The position numbers and the translations under genes were made by a program. From NCBI RefSeq assembly GCF_018350175.1, contig NC_058384.1:67952001-68016000 (forward strand): a stretch of DNA of 64,000 bases, written 5' to 3'. The stretch comes from Felis catus (taxonomy: Eukaryota). The notes under the pieces are model-generated. The model had not been told where the DNA came from, did not search any database, and saw only the letters and a program-made list of their open reading frames with translations. This document shows, piece after piece, positions 9,904 through 21,669 of the stretch (position 1 is its first letter; each line of letters begins with the position of its first letter).

Positions 9904-12219
9904 ATGGGTAACGGCGCCGGCGGGATCCCCCCCCGACGGACGAGTGTGGTGGGGTGGGGGCGGCCCGGCTGTGGCGGTCCTCTGCCCGCAGAGCTGACGT
10001 GTCCTGGGCCCCGGGGGCGGGAGGGCTCGGGCGCCCGGGGCGGGGACGCCGGGGGTCGCGAGGGGGCGCGCGGCCCGGGGTGGGGGCGGGGAAGCGGCTG
10101 TGGCCGCGGCCGGGGGCCGGGCCGAGCCCGACTCGGCGCCTCCTGTGGTCGCCGCCCCTCCAGCCGTGGGTACGGGCACCTCGCTGGCGCTCTCCTCCCT
10201 CCTGTCCCTGCTGCTGTTCGCCGGGATGCAGATGTACAGCCGCCAGCTGGCCTCCACCGAGTGGCTCACCATCCAGGGGGGCCTGCTGGGCTCGGGCCTC
10301 TTCGTCTTCTCTCTCACCGTATCCTTCCTGCGCGGCGGGGGGCGGGGGGAGGAGGCGGCCGCGCGGCTCTGCCGGGTCTCTCGTCCCTTAACTCCCTGGG
10401 CCCAGGCCTTCAACAACCTGGAGAATCTGGTCTTTGGCAAAGGATTCCAAGCCAAGATCTTCCCCGAGAGTAAGTGCGAACCGGGGGTGGGGGCGTGGGG
10501 CGGGCTGTGAGTGAGCCCTCTGCTGTAACCTCCCCCAGCAGGGGACTGACCTCCCAGGCGCTCAGTTGGTCCGAGCTGCGTAGGGGAGCTGTGCTTGCTG
10601 AGGCTGTCGGAGGCGCTGACGCTCCCGGAACACGTCCTCTAGCTCGTGGAGGAGCTGGAAGGGAAGGCCGGAAAGCGCGAAACTTCGTTACCTTTGGGCC
10701 ACTTCCCCGGGGAGGTCTGAGGACAGGGCGCGCGCCTTGCCTACGTCCTTGGGGACGGTCTTTGTTCCCCCCAGAGGAAGGAACAGGACTGACTCTATGA
10801 GGGGTTCTGATGTGAAGCTGAGCCGGTGTTCGTGGATTCTGTGTATTTAACCCGATCGTCAATAGCTTAAGTGTTAGAGCCTCCAGGTTTCACCTCAGCA
10901 GCGACCCTGACCGAGTTAGAATAAACGCGAGATCGTTTCCTGTTTGAAACGTACTTGTTATTGCTTGCGCAATGGAGAATTGATGATTTCGCTATTTATG
11001 CAGAATTAAGTTCACAAAGCAAATCAGACGTCGAGGCCGGGTCACCTAAGGAGTGTCACAAGCTTGAAAGTGACAGCACAGGCCGCCTCTTGTGGAGCCT
11101 TCCTCCCGTAGAACAGAGACCTGGTTTCTGCACCCTTCTCAGGGCCTTGCTCTCTCCACTCAGCCCCGTTGCAGTCTCCCCCAGCTCCTTCCCTCCTGCA
11201 GCCTCAAGCCTTCGGAGGTTTTGTTTCCATGTGTTCTGTCTTCCTGTGCTTCGGAAAGAGACCTTTGTTGTGGGGCAGGGCTCTCGGCCTTCTTGTCCGA
11301 CGCTGCCCTCCCCAGATGGGCGGTCGGTGTTTGCCCTTCCTTTCTACCCTCTCACTTTCTCTCCAGTCCTACTCCGGATGCCCCGGAGACCCTTTCCTGC
11401 TTCCGTGGGCATGGGTGTCCAGGCCCTCTGCCCTCCAACCTGTGTCCGGGGACTGAGGCTCTCAGCTTCCACCGCTGGACAGCCAGTTGAGTGAATCGAT
11501 CCTTAGTGGCTGGCTTTTGTGGCAAAGGCCTCACCCTCTTTCCCAAACAGCAGCAAACCTTGCCCTTCAGATGCTGCTGTCACTTTTCCTTTCCTTTATA
11601 TTGGAAGAAAGCCAGGGTAGGGAAGTTAAGTGACATTTGTGACAGAGCTGGTAAGGAGCATGCGTCTCCTGCCTCCATGTCCCGGGCATCATTAAGGGCG
11701 TCTGAAGTCCTCCTGCCAGTGTCATGCCAGCTCCCTCCAGGCAGGTCCCCCAAGATTCAGAGCGCCCCTGGTGTCTCCTAGAACGCACATATGAAGGCTT
11801 GGTATTTCCCACTCCGACCGGCACCCTCCTTGTGCCCTCTTGCCTCCCCAGTTCTTCTCTGCCTCCTGTTGGCTCTCTTTGCATCCGGCCTCATTCACCG
11901 TGTCTGTGTCACCACCTGGTAAGTGCCTCGCAGCTGGGGAAGGGGCGCAGCGTGCTTCCCCCTCCCTCCTTTCCCCTTCCCCACTTCCCCAAACCTGATC
12001 CAGGATTCTTTCCCTGCTGCCGCCGCCCGCCTGCCCGAGGCGGCACCAGGCTGGCCGGATGCCCGCCGATGCCGTGACGTTCCTGTCTTCACCCGCAGCT
12101 TCATTTTCTCCATGGTTGGCCTGTACTACATCAACAAGATCTCCTCCACGCTGTACCAGGCAACAGCTCCAGTCCTCGCCCCAGCCAAGGTCACGGGGAA
12201 GGGCAAAAAGAGAAACTGA
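9904..12219 (+). CDS. KRTCAP2: Keratinocyte-associated protein 2 (KCP2, oligosaccharyltransferase OST-A accessory subunit), 136 aa
   Basis: Exons 9904-9907, 10164-10318, 10406-10469, 11852-11918, 12099-12219 = 411 nt. Translation [35 protein letters not shown]...[10 protein letters not shown] ends in a KKxx ER-retrieval motif. Confidence 0.96.
10319..10405 (+). other. KRTCAP2: U12-type (minor spliceosome) GT-AG intron, KRTCAP2 intron 2
   Basis: 5' splice site GTATCCTTC; branch site CCTTAAC at 10386-10392, ~14 nt before the AG; no polypyrimidine tract. Confidence 0.9.
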
Positions 12220-12231
12220 CCCTGCGTGTCC

Positions 12232-12237
12232 AATAAA
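12232..12237 (+). terminator. KRTCAP2: KRTCAP2 polyadenylation signal AATAAA
   Basis: AATAAA 12 nt after the stop, followed by a GT/T-rich element. Confidence 0.8.
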
Positions 12238-12925
12238 GTTGATTCTTTGTAGTTCTGTGAGCCGTGATCTACCGCGAGCCTCTTGCGCCGTCCCCGCACA
12301 CGCGGGCTGCCGTGGCAGGCCGATACCTGTGCTCTCCGGCCATGGGGGTGGCGGGGCTTCTTCCTCTAAGGTACCTTTTTAGCTGGTGTTTATCGAGCAC
12401 CGTCCGCGCCAAACGCTTTGTGAGGCGCTGGAGCGGCGCGTGCTCGTGTGAAAGTCTCCTCGTGGAAGTGAAGTGCACGAGTGACCCGCTGTGTTGACCT
12501 GTCGGAAGAGGGGTCGGGGCTTGAGCGCAGGAAGCCTTCCTTGCCCGTCAGGACGGGACTAGATCTTGGAACGGGAACGAGGGAAGGAAAGGCCCCTCGC
12601 CCCTGCGACACCTCTGGGGGCTTCGTTACTCTGACTGCCCACCCTGAGCAAACAGGGCCCCTGCCCCTCCTCCAAGTCCTCAGAAGGGAATTCTCTACCG
12701 ATGTTGTCCTCCCGGCCCCGTCTGTGAAATGCCAGTGTGGACGTTTGTCCGTGTTTGGAGACTCCCGAGGTTGATCACCGCCCATCCTCTTTGTCCTGGT
12801 GCCTTCATTTCTCTCCTGTCTTGCAGCCGAGATAGGAACTTGCTGTGCTTTAGCAAAGTATACAAAATGGTAGGGACAAGGCCTTCGACCTTGGAGCCAA
12901 CCTTGACGGAAACGAAGATGTGGTT

Positions 12926-13131
12926 GGGCGACTGGGTGGCTCAGTCAGGCCTCTGACTCTCGGTTCCAGCTCAGGTCATGATCTCATGGTTCATGAGTTG
13001 GAGCCCCGCACGGGGCTCTGTGCTGACAGCGTGGAGCCTGCTTGGGATCTTCTGTCTCCTTTCTCTGCCCCTCACCCGCCCACTTTCTATCTCTAGCTCT
13101 CAAAAATGAATAAATATCCGTTAAAAAAAAA
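12926..13131 (+). mobile_element. Carnivore SINEC
   Basis: tRNA-derived head GGGCG..GGGTGGCTCAG, CT-rich segment, A tail, TSD-like GATGTGGTT on both sides. Confidence 0.85.
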
Positions 13132-15609
13132 GTGAAGGATGTGGTTTCTCAGGTCCTATTCTGTGCCCTGCCCTGAGGAACACCTCTCTGTCCAGAGTAC
13201 TTGTCCTTTGAGGCTCCTTAGGCAGCCCCTCCTGGAAGCCATGGTCTTTGGGGTGTGCACCTTGCCTTGGTCACTTGGTACTCTGCACTGTGCTTGATAA
13301 TGGGCAGTAAAGACTGGTGGGTTGGTTGAAAGAATCTGCCCGTCTGGTAACAATACTGCACGTGGGATGTGTCTAAGTAGGGACAAAGACCCAGTGAAGA
13401 TGAAGAAGTGAGTGGAAGGAGTTCCCGTCCAGGATTAGAGCCCCTTCCCTCTAGTCAGGGGCCAACCCCACCCACTCCCATCTGTGGCGGGAACCCAGAC
13501 CCTAGGCTCCCCTGTCCCTAGGTTGACGAGTGCTCTGCAATTCCCCCAGGATGCCTGCAGAGGGCGCCACTAGCTCGCATCTCCTGGGGACCAGTACCAT
13601 TGCCCTGAGGGCTGGGGAGGGTTCCTGCTGGGTCTCTGGGTCCTTGCTGAGCCTCTCTCCGGGAGGGGGGGGGGGGGCCAACCCTGGAGACCCTGAAGGA
13701 CTGGCCCATTGAGGGGGCCTGAAGTCAGAGTCAAGTCTCCCTGGGAGCAAGGCAAGGAGAGTTGAGAGGAGACCAGAGTCTCCCCGAGAGGAACTTACCT
13801 AGTGATGGTGAGGGGATGTGTGGTATGTGGGACCCTCTGGGGGAGGATGGCAGCCTGTTCCAATGGGCCCTGGCTGTAAGGGGAGGCTGGGTTGGTCCGA
13901 GGGCCCCCTCTGTCAGACCTTGACTTCCTCCTGAACTGGGGTGGGAGCTGTGGCAGAGGGCCGGGTCCCAGCCCAAGGGAGCATAGACACCCGGGGGATC
14001 TGGTCACCTGAGGGTACCCTGGCTTCCAAGATGAGAGTTTGGGGTGGGGGCCAGGCTAGGGGAGGGTGGGGAGGAGCCGGAGAGCAGGGTCCAGGTCCCT
14101 GCCAAGCGACCGGAGCACCTGCTGCCACCCACTGTGTAGGCACCAGTGACAGCATGTGGCTCAGGAATAATGACCCCTTCTTCAGGAACAGGTGCATTTA
14201 CGAGGCCGAGGGTGCCGATCTCAGCTCTCCACCCAGCCTATCTCTGGGGTGCCTAGTTACCTAACCTACCAATTAACCCTGGCAGGGGCATTCTACCCAC
14301 TAATAACCATCATTAAGTAAGGGGGTATGAGGCCACAAAGGCTTCTGCAGGCCCGAAGGTGGGAAGGGCAAAGGTGCTAACCTCTGGGGCTTGGCTCCCC
14401 CCCAGGGGCTGGAGGCCTCCGGGCTGGCGAGGCGGCCCCTGGAGGACGAGGGAAGCCAGATGTTTCCTCCTGCTCCCTCACACGTGGCCCTGACACCCGT
14501 CCACCCGCTGGTCCCGCCACCAGCTCCGGAAACAGGAGTAAATAATACGGGGGAGGGGGCCTTGGATGTGTGGGAGGACGTCCCGCGGCTCCGGCCCAGG
14601 AGGCACGGGCTTTGGGGCAGGAGGTGATGCCACCAGAGAGGAGGTCGGTGGGAAGGTGAAGCAAAAGTGCTCCCTATCTCCCCCCACCCCCAGCAGAGGC
14701 TGGACTCCTCCCTGACCGGCACCAGAGGGAGGGGACACCACAGGGTTGGACGGGGCGGTGGGGGGGGGGGGGGCGCCCAGGACAGGCAGGGAGCGAGAGT
14801 CCGCGCCAGGCCCTGGCTCCAGCCCTTTCCGGCCCTCATTGTCCTTGGTGAGAACAGGACACAGTCCGGTTCCCACTGCCAGGCCCCCCAGCTCTGCTCC
14901 CCAGGGGCTCGGGAAGGATGTTGGGAAACAAGAGAGAGCCAGAGACAGAGATGCTGAGAGACACAGAGACAGATACAAAGGGGAAAGGTTCAGTCAAAAG
15001 CCAGCATTGAAGTCCTTTGTGAGCAGAGAAGGCCCTGGGCCTGGGAACCGTAAAAGAATGAGAAGCCGGAGGCCCTGCCCCCTCGGGAAGGCCCCTCCTC
15101 TCCCCTCCTTGACTTAGGGTCACTCACAGGGCCGCCTCCTAAGCAAACAATGGCCGGAACCCTCTGCCGGGCACAGTTGGTGGCACTTAATTGCTCTGCT
15201 TCGGGTACCTTTCTTTGCCTTTTCCTCAGGGGGCGGGGCCAAGATGGAGATTGTGCTCCCAAACCCTAGTTCCCCAGTCCCCCAACCCGCCCCCCGCCCC
15301 CCGGGGGCCACACAGACTGTGCCGGAACGCTACTTGGTTGGGTTCCTAGAGGACAGAGACAGGTGCCCCTCATCACCTGGGGTGACAGCAAAGCGTGGGG
15401 CAGCAGGGATCCCCCGAGCCAGCTGTCCCCCTCTCTTGCCTCGCACCCACGGGCGTGGGGTGGGGTGGGCGTCGTTCCCTCCGACCCACTCTCTTCCATC
15501 TGGGCCTGCCGTTCAACAACTGCCCCCTGGGACACAGGCGCCAGAGGTGCCTCAAGATAAAGAGAAATGGAAACACATCGGCGGTGTTTACATTTAACAA
15601 ATTAACTTC

Positions 15610-15763
15610 TTTTTTTTCATGTTTATTTATTTTGAGAGCGGGGGAGGGGCAGAAAGAGAGGGACAGAGAATCCCAAGTGGGCGCTGAGCTGCCAGCCCGG
15701 ACCCCGGTGAGGGGCCCGAGCTCACAGACCCAGAGGTCATGACCTGAGCCCCCCAGGCGCCCC
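15610..15763 (-). mobile_element. Carnivore SINEC (internally deleted)
   Basis: T tail, GAGA tract, CCAGGCGCCC end; AAATTAAC flanking both ends. Confidence 0.75.
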
Positions 15764-16379
15764 AAGAAATTAACACTTGGTAACACAAGATTACAACACA
15801 ATATAATCATGCTAGGAACGATACTATCACAGGATCTTTAGAAAATTCTCCTTCACGGGGAGCTGCAGGCCCTAGTTGAGAAGGTAAAGTCCTACGGTAA
15901 CGACACATTCACTGTGCGGTTCTTTCTAGTTTGTGTACATTTGGAAATTCCATAATAACACGTCCAACCCCCGTATGGTGAGCACCTTCCTTCCGGTCTG
16001 TCAGCGACAGGGTGACTACTGTGGCGCGCTTGGGGAGGACAGCACGAGTTCTCAGTCTGAGGCCCTGTGGGGACAGACCTCAGCACACGGCCCTCGGCCC
16101 TCGGGACCCGTGAGAGCTCTTCTCCGAGAACCCCCTCCTCCAATGAGCCGGGAGAGCAGGGAGGTCCCCGCCCAGGCGAGGGTGAGGCTGTGTGTCCAGA
16201 GGCCAGGATCCCACGGAAGAAACCTTCCACATACCCCTTCTCTGGGCCAAGAGCGCCGTGAGGGCTGACCTTGGCTGCTTCACGGGAACTTCTCCCCAGC
16301 GAGACTCCCCCTTCCCCTCCTGCCTCAGCCTCCAGTCCCCATTTCCAGCCTCTGTGACTCGGGCCTCCCGACTCGGAGA

Positions 16380-16640
16380 GTTCAGGTTCTGGACAGTACG
16401 TGCAAGTGGAACGGCCTGGGGCTCGAGATCAGCCTGACCCGAGTTCTGGCTCTGGCTTTGACACTTACCAGGAGAGAAGGCCCTTCGGCAAGGCGAGCGA
16501 CCTCTATGCACCTTCAATTCTGAGGCTGTAAACGGGGGTAATAAAACCGACCTCAAATTGTGGTAACGAGGCCTCGAATTAAATATCGCGGTGGAGGCTC
16601 CGCGCAGAGTGCCTGACCCACTAGGCTTTTGACGCGCGTT
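16380..16640 (+). mobile_element. MIR relic
   Basis: Core resembles MIR (…CTGTAAACGGGGGTAATAAAACCGACCTC…AGTGCCTGAC…). Confidence 0.55.
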
Positions 16641-17118
16641 CGCGCGCAGTGACAAGGACGACCGGCAAGTAGGCATCTACCGCCTGCCGGTCGGCGTACT
16701 TAGTGCCTGATAGATATTCTCCATCTCAGCTCTTGCACCCGAGACCGACCGCCCCAGGCCAAGAGGGAGTACAGCAGCAGGCGGCCTTCACACTTGACCA
16801 CCGGCCTGCTTCCTCCCGGGTCTCCAGCCTGCCGGGTGGCCACACTCGCCCCGGGCTGCCGCCTGGCCCTCTGCCCACGGCTCCCCACCGAGGCCAGGAG
16901 GAAGCCAAGTGTTGACAGAGGGAGACCCTGCGGATTTGGGACTTGTCAGCCACTACACTTGCATAAGCCGGTTCCTTAAAAATAGATGTTACTTCTACGT
17001 ATGCACGTCCTACGGCTTCTGTTTCTCTACAGTCCTGACCAGTACACCCGTTTTAGTGAAATGGAAAGAGGTAAAATGAGAGAGAGGCTAACATAACCTG
17101 CTCAAGATTACAAGCGCA

Positions 17119-17463
17119 GGGGCACCTGGTCAGCTCAGTCGCAGCGTGCAATCTTGATCTCAGGGTTGTGGGTTCGAGCCCCACGTTGGGTGTTGGGATG
17201 GCTTAACACGTTTAGGGGCGCCCGGGTGGCTCAGTGGGTTAAGCGTCTGACTCTTGATGTCGGCTCAGGTCACGATCTCACGCTGATGAGTCTGAGCCTC
17301 ACACTGGGGCTCTGTGCTGACGGCGTGGAGCCTGCTTGGGATTCTCTCTCTCCTCTCCCTGTGCCCCTCCCCCGCTCAAGCTTGCAGGCTCGCGCGCATT
17401 CTCTCTCTCTCTCTCTCTCAAAATAAATAAATAAACTTAAAAAGATTAAATAAATAAAATAAA
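17119..17463 (+). mobile_element. Short tRNA-Lys-like SINE (17119-~17205) followed by full SINEC (17215-~17463)
   Basis: Two SINE heads, (CT)n and AAAT tail. Confidence 0.8.
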
Positions 17464-19700
17464 CTCTTTACAAGAACAAAAAAGCATTGAAGGCGGGGCT
17501 GTAGGCGGCTTCCCAGTTGCCGGCCCCACCCCCCTCTGAACCCCTCTGACCTTGCATTTCTTCCCAGCTGGGCCTCCTCGGCCCCCAGTGCCAGGCATGC
17601 TTCCGCCTCTTGGCCTTTGCACCTGATGTTCCCACTGCCTGGCCACTCTTCTCCAGGTCGCTCAGGGATCCCGTCCCTCCGGGGACACCTTTCTGAGCAC
17701 ACGTGTGATCGAGTGTGTTCCTCGTGCTTCCGCCCCTGGCCTCGCCCGTGTTCCCTTCACGGTAGGTCTCGTTATTTGATACGTTACATATTTATGTGTT
17801 TCTCGTCCGTCTCCCACCACCTCACCGAGGCAGGCAATTTATCCGTTTTCATTGAATGCTTCATCGAAAGCGGGGAATTTGCCTGGTTTGTCCCCTAGAA
17901 CGGGGCCTGACGCGGAACAGGTGCTTGGCACACATTTGTTACCTCTGTTCAAGCTTCTCTTAGCAACACGCCATTGTCGCATTCCGGCCCTTTGCTGAAA
18001 CTCCCCCTCCCTCCCCCCCACATCAGTTCCAGACTGATGAGTCCCCGGGATCAGCCTCCCTCAGGCCAGCCTCTTCCCCACCCCCTCCTGCTCTGGGAAA
18101 CCCTGACTCAGCCAGGCCCTCCACCTCTGGTCTACCATTTCCCCTCAGGCCTGGCTATGGTGTGGCAGGGCGTGTGTTTTTGTTAATAACACGGGTGTCT
18201 GTCCTATGGCCTCTGTGCGACTGTGGGGGCCCTCGGGTCAGGCACGGAGGCAACACAGCCTGACTAACTGGAACCTTCCCCAAGGACCCAGTAATCAGCA
18301 TGGCACCTGTGGGCACCCAGGAGCTGCTGACCTGAGGGACCGACACCCTGTCCCACGACACCAGTACTTTGAAGCTGTCTCTAGTAGCCTGGCGAGGCCT
18401 GCTTTTCCGGCCTCGTCTCCTGCCACGCCCCCACGAAGCGGTCTCCGTCCAAAACACAGTCACCAAGAGTCACTGCCCGTGAACTCTCGCATCTGGGCCT
18501 TTGTTCAGGGTTCCCCGGGCCGTGGATGCCACCCGCCCGCCTGGCCATCTTCCTGGTATCGACTGGGGGCTTTGGGGCCTCCGTGTAGCCTCCCCCCTGG
18601 CGGTCAACCCCCCTCTGTGTGGTGTGGGATTCTGTACTGTTGGCTGAGGACGTCGTCTTCCTCTGATACCAAAGCCGAGAGCCACCACGAACATGAGCTT
18701 AGCCATCCACAGAAGGAGCTTCCCTCAGAAGATGGCAGGGAGTCTAGGGAGGCTAGGGGTGCGTCCTCGGCCCTGACAGGTGACTCACGACCAGAGGGCC
18801 TAACACCCCACACAGGCTTCCCAGACTCTGCGCACGGGTGTCAGCAGCCTCCCGTGTCACCTCCCTTTATCCTACCACAGAGGACCAATGATTGGTTCCA
18901 TTATTTAGGGGGGGAACCTAAGGCTCAGAAAAGTATGTTCCTTGCCCAAGGTCATATAGCTAAGTAAAAGAAAGAGCAAGGACCCAACCGCATGACAGCC
19001 AAGCTCTAAAACCCCAGACTTTCAAGTCCCAGGCCGCACTGCCTCTCGCACCCTGCCACAGTCACACGTGCGCTGTCCTTCTGTGGCAGGAGAGGAGTGA
19101 TGATCTTCAAAAAGATTGAAGACGAGGAGTTGGACCATAAGACTCTGCTGGCGTTTGTCCCCTGCTATCCAAGGCCAAGGACCCCGTGTCTGGCAAGTGG
19201 GAGTCTCTGGAGTGGTTCCATTCGACGGGACCAGGAAAGCCGGGTCAGTTTCCCTGGAGGCCATCAAATGTTAACCTGTCCCTGCCTCTGGCCCTCATCT
19301 GACATCTACAGAAGCCCTTGCTGGGTTTCTTACATGGTGCTCCGACCGTCCTGGAGCTGCGCTGTCCCCGGGCAGGCCATGCAGGGAAATAAAGACATGG
19401 CCAGTGTCACAGCTCAGACTCTGGGCACTCAGAGCAGGAGCACAGGGGCTAAACCTGCAACCCTAGAGGGCGTGAAGCTTGAATTAAACACAGAGAAATA
19501 TGTACGCACATTTTCTTGTGCACATTTAGGGTTTCCATTGGTCACTTTTTTTTTTTTTTAATGCACTGGGAATTGATTTTGGGATAAGGTATGAGGTTGA
19601 AATCTAACAATGTACTTTGCAAATGGTTCTCAACCTGTCCCTCTCCCTCGCTTGCTTGAATTGCTGTGTTTATCCCATGCTAAATTGGCATACATGTTTC

Positions 19701-20118
19701 TTATTTTTATTATTATTTTTTTTAACATTTTTTTTCAACGTTTATTTATTTTTTTTTCGGACAGAGAGAGACAGAGCATGAACGGGGGAGGGGCAGAGAG
19801 AGAGGGAGACACAGAATCGGAAACAGGCTCCAGGCTCCGAGCCATCAGCCCAGAGCCTGACGCGGGGCTCGAACTCCCGGACCGCGAGATCGTGACCTGG
19901 CTGAAGTCGGACGCTTAACCGACTGCGCCACCCAAGCGCCCCTTATTTTTATTTTTTTGAGAGGAGGGGGAGGGGCAGAGAAAGAGGGAGAGAGAGAATC
20001 CCAAGCAGGCTCAGCACTGTCAGCGCGGAGCCCGATGCGGGTCTCAAACCCGTGAGATTGTGACCTGAGCTGACATCAAGAGTCAGACGCTTAACCGATT
20101 GAGCCACCCAGGTGCCCC
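19701..20118 (-). mobile_element. SINEC_Fc (to 19942) nested in the tail of an older SINEC (19943-20118)
   Basis: Two antisense SINE bodies; outer TSD TAAATTGG at 19681 and 20119; inner TSD-like TTATTTTTATT. Confidence 0.85.
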
Positions 20119-20184
20119 TAAATTGGTATCTTTTTTATGTATTTCTTCACTTTTTATTTCCTTCCATTGGTCTAGGGAGAGAAG

Positions 20185-20650
20185 TGCTATATTGCAGTGG
20201 CAGAGTTTGCAAGCTCTGAAGTCAGATTATGTGGGTTTTGCCTCGGTTTCCTCATCTGTGAAATGGAGATAATACCAGCACCTGCTGCATACGGTGACCA
20301 GGAAGATTGAACGAGATAACGCCCGTAAAGTACTCATTACAGTGCCTGAAGACAATCAATCAGTGACTGTCAGCTGCCACGGTGATCCCTCTCTGTCCCT
20401 TCCTGTACCAGTAACCAGGAAGGTGAAAGCACTAAGCGCACAGCTTTGAGTCCGATGGCACAGCTCTGCCACTCGCTATTTTCAGGACCTTGGGCAAGTT
20501 ACTTACCATTTACCATCTGTCTGTTCTAGTTTCCTCATTTAAACTTGGGGGTGTAAAAGTACCTACTGCCGCTGTGAAAATTAAATATAACAATGTCCCA
20601 CAGGGCAGGCCATGTAATAGCCCTTCGATGAATTTTTATTCTGCTGCCGA
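20185..20650 (+). mobile_element. Two MIR relics
   Basis: CCTCGGTTTCCTCATCTGTGAAATGGAGATAATA and TTGGGCAAGTTACTTA…TTTCCTCATTTAAA MIR core motifs. Confidence 0.7.
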
Positions 20651-21669
20651 TGATCATTATGATATTGTAATTTGTTATCTGTCTTTATGTGTCGTAGGAC
20701 AAGCCCTATCTTTCCCCAAAAACTGTTGTGGGGAGTGGCAATCTTTCAGGGCCAGGTCTCCCGTGGGTGAACAGACTTTCTGGATCTACATTGCTGATGC
20801 CCAGCCCCTGGACTGTGCTGGAAGTCGCTGTGACTAGTGAGGTCTTGAGTGAGTGACCAGTAGGATTTTGGGTGAAGTTGGGAAGCAGGTGGGGTGTGGC
20901 TTTGAAGTGCATACAGCAAATTGGTAAAAGTGTTTTTATTCTGTCTTAATTGTTTACGTTAACAAAGGAATTTGCATAGTTTAAAAAGCCAACTAGTTTT
21001 ATAAGGCACTTGATGCAAAATACCAGTCCCCTGTGCCCATTCTCCTGCTCACCGTACCTGCTACCCTCTAAGTCACTGCTGGAACTCTTGGCTGCTTCCT
21101 TTGGTACACCTCCTATTTGTTAGTAATGTGCTCATATTAATATTTCTTTTCTTCCATTTTAGATCTAATTAATTGACCACCTGCCATGGATGATGAGGAT
21201 ATGGTTCTCTTTATTCATGACCTTTCTAATACACTCCCCTCCCCCACCCTCTCAATTCAACTATATCCCGATGTTTGCTTAACTCAGTATTCAGTGTTTA
21301 CATTATTAGGGCTGTGAAAATAGTCTTCACAGCTGAGTTATATAACGTCTGTACTAAGACTCTGCGAATCTGTAAAAATCTGCTTTTGTTAATTAACATC
21401 AAGGACATGAGCCTGAGAAATTTTGCTCTCTGAAATGGCTCAGTCATGAACTTTACAGTTTGAAACCAGTGAGACTGGAACACCCGCCCTGGGGGGGGGG
21501 GGGGGGGGGCGGGCGGGCGCTGAGCCTGGCAGATTACTTTGACCCAGAGAAGCAGCCTCAATTTCCAACCTCTGTGCAAAGCTTCAGATCTGGGGGTCTG
21601 GTCACAAATTCTACATTTCTCTTAATTATGTAGTTATCTCTTATAAAATTCTCTACGATTCGTTATCTT

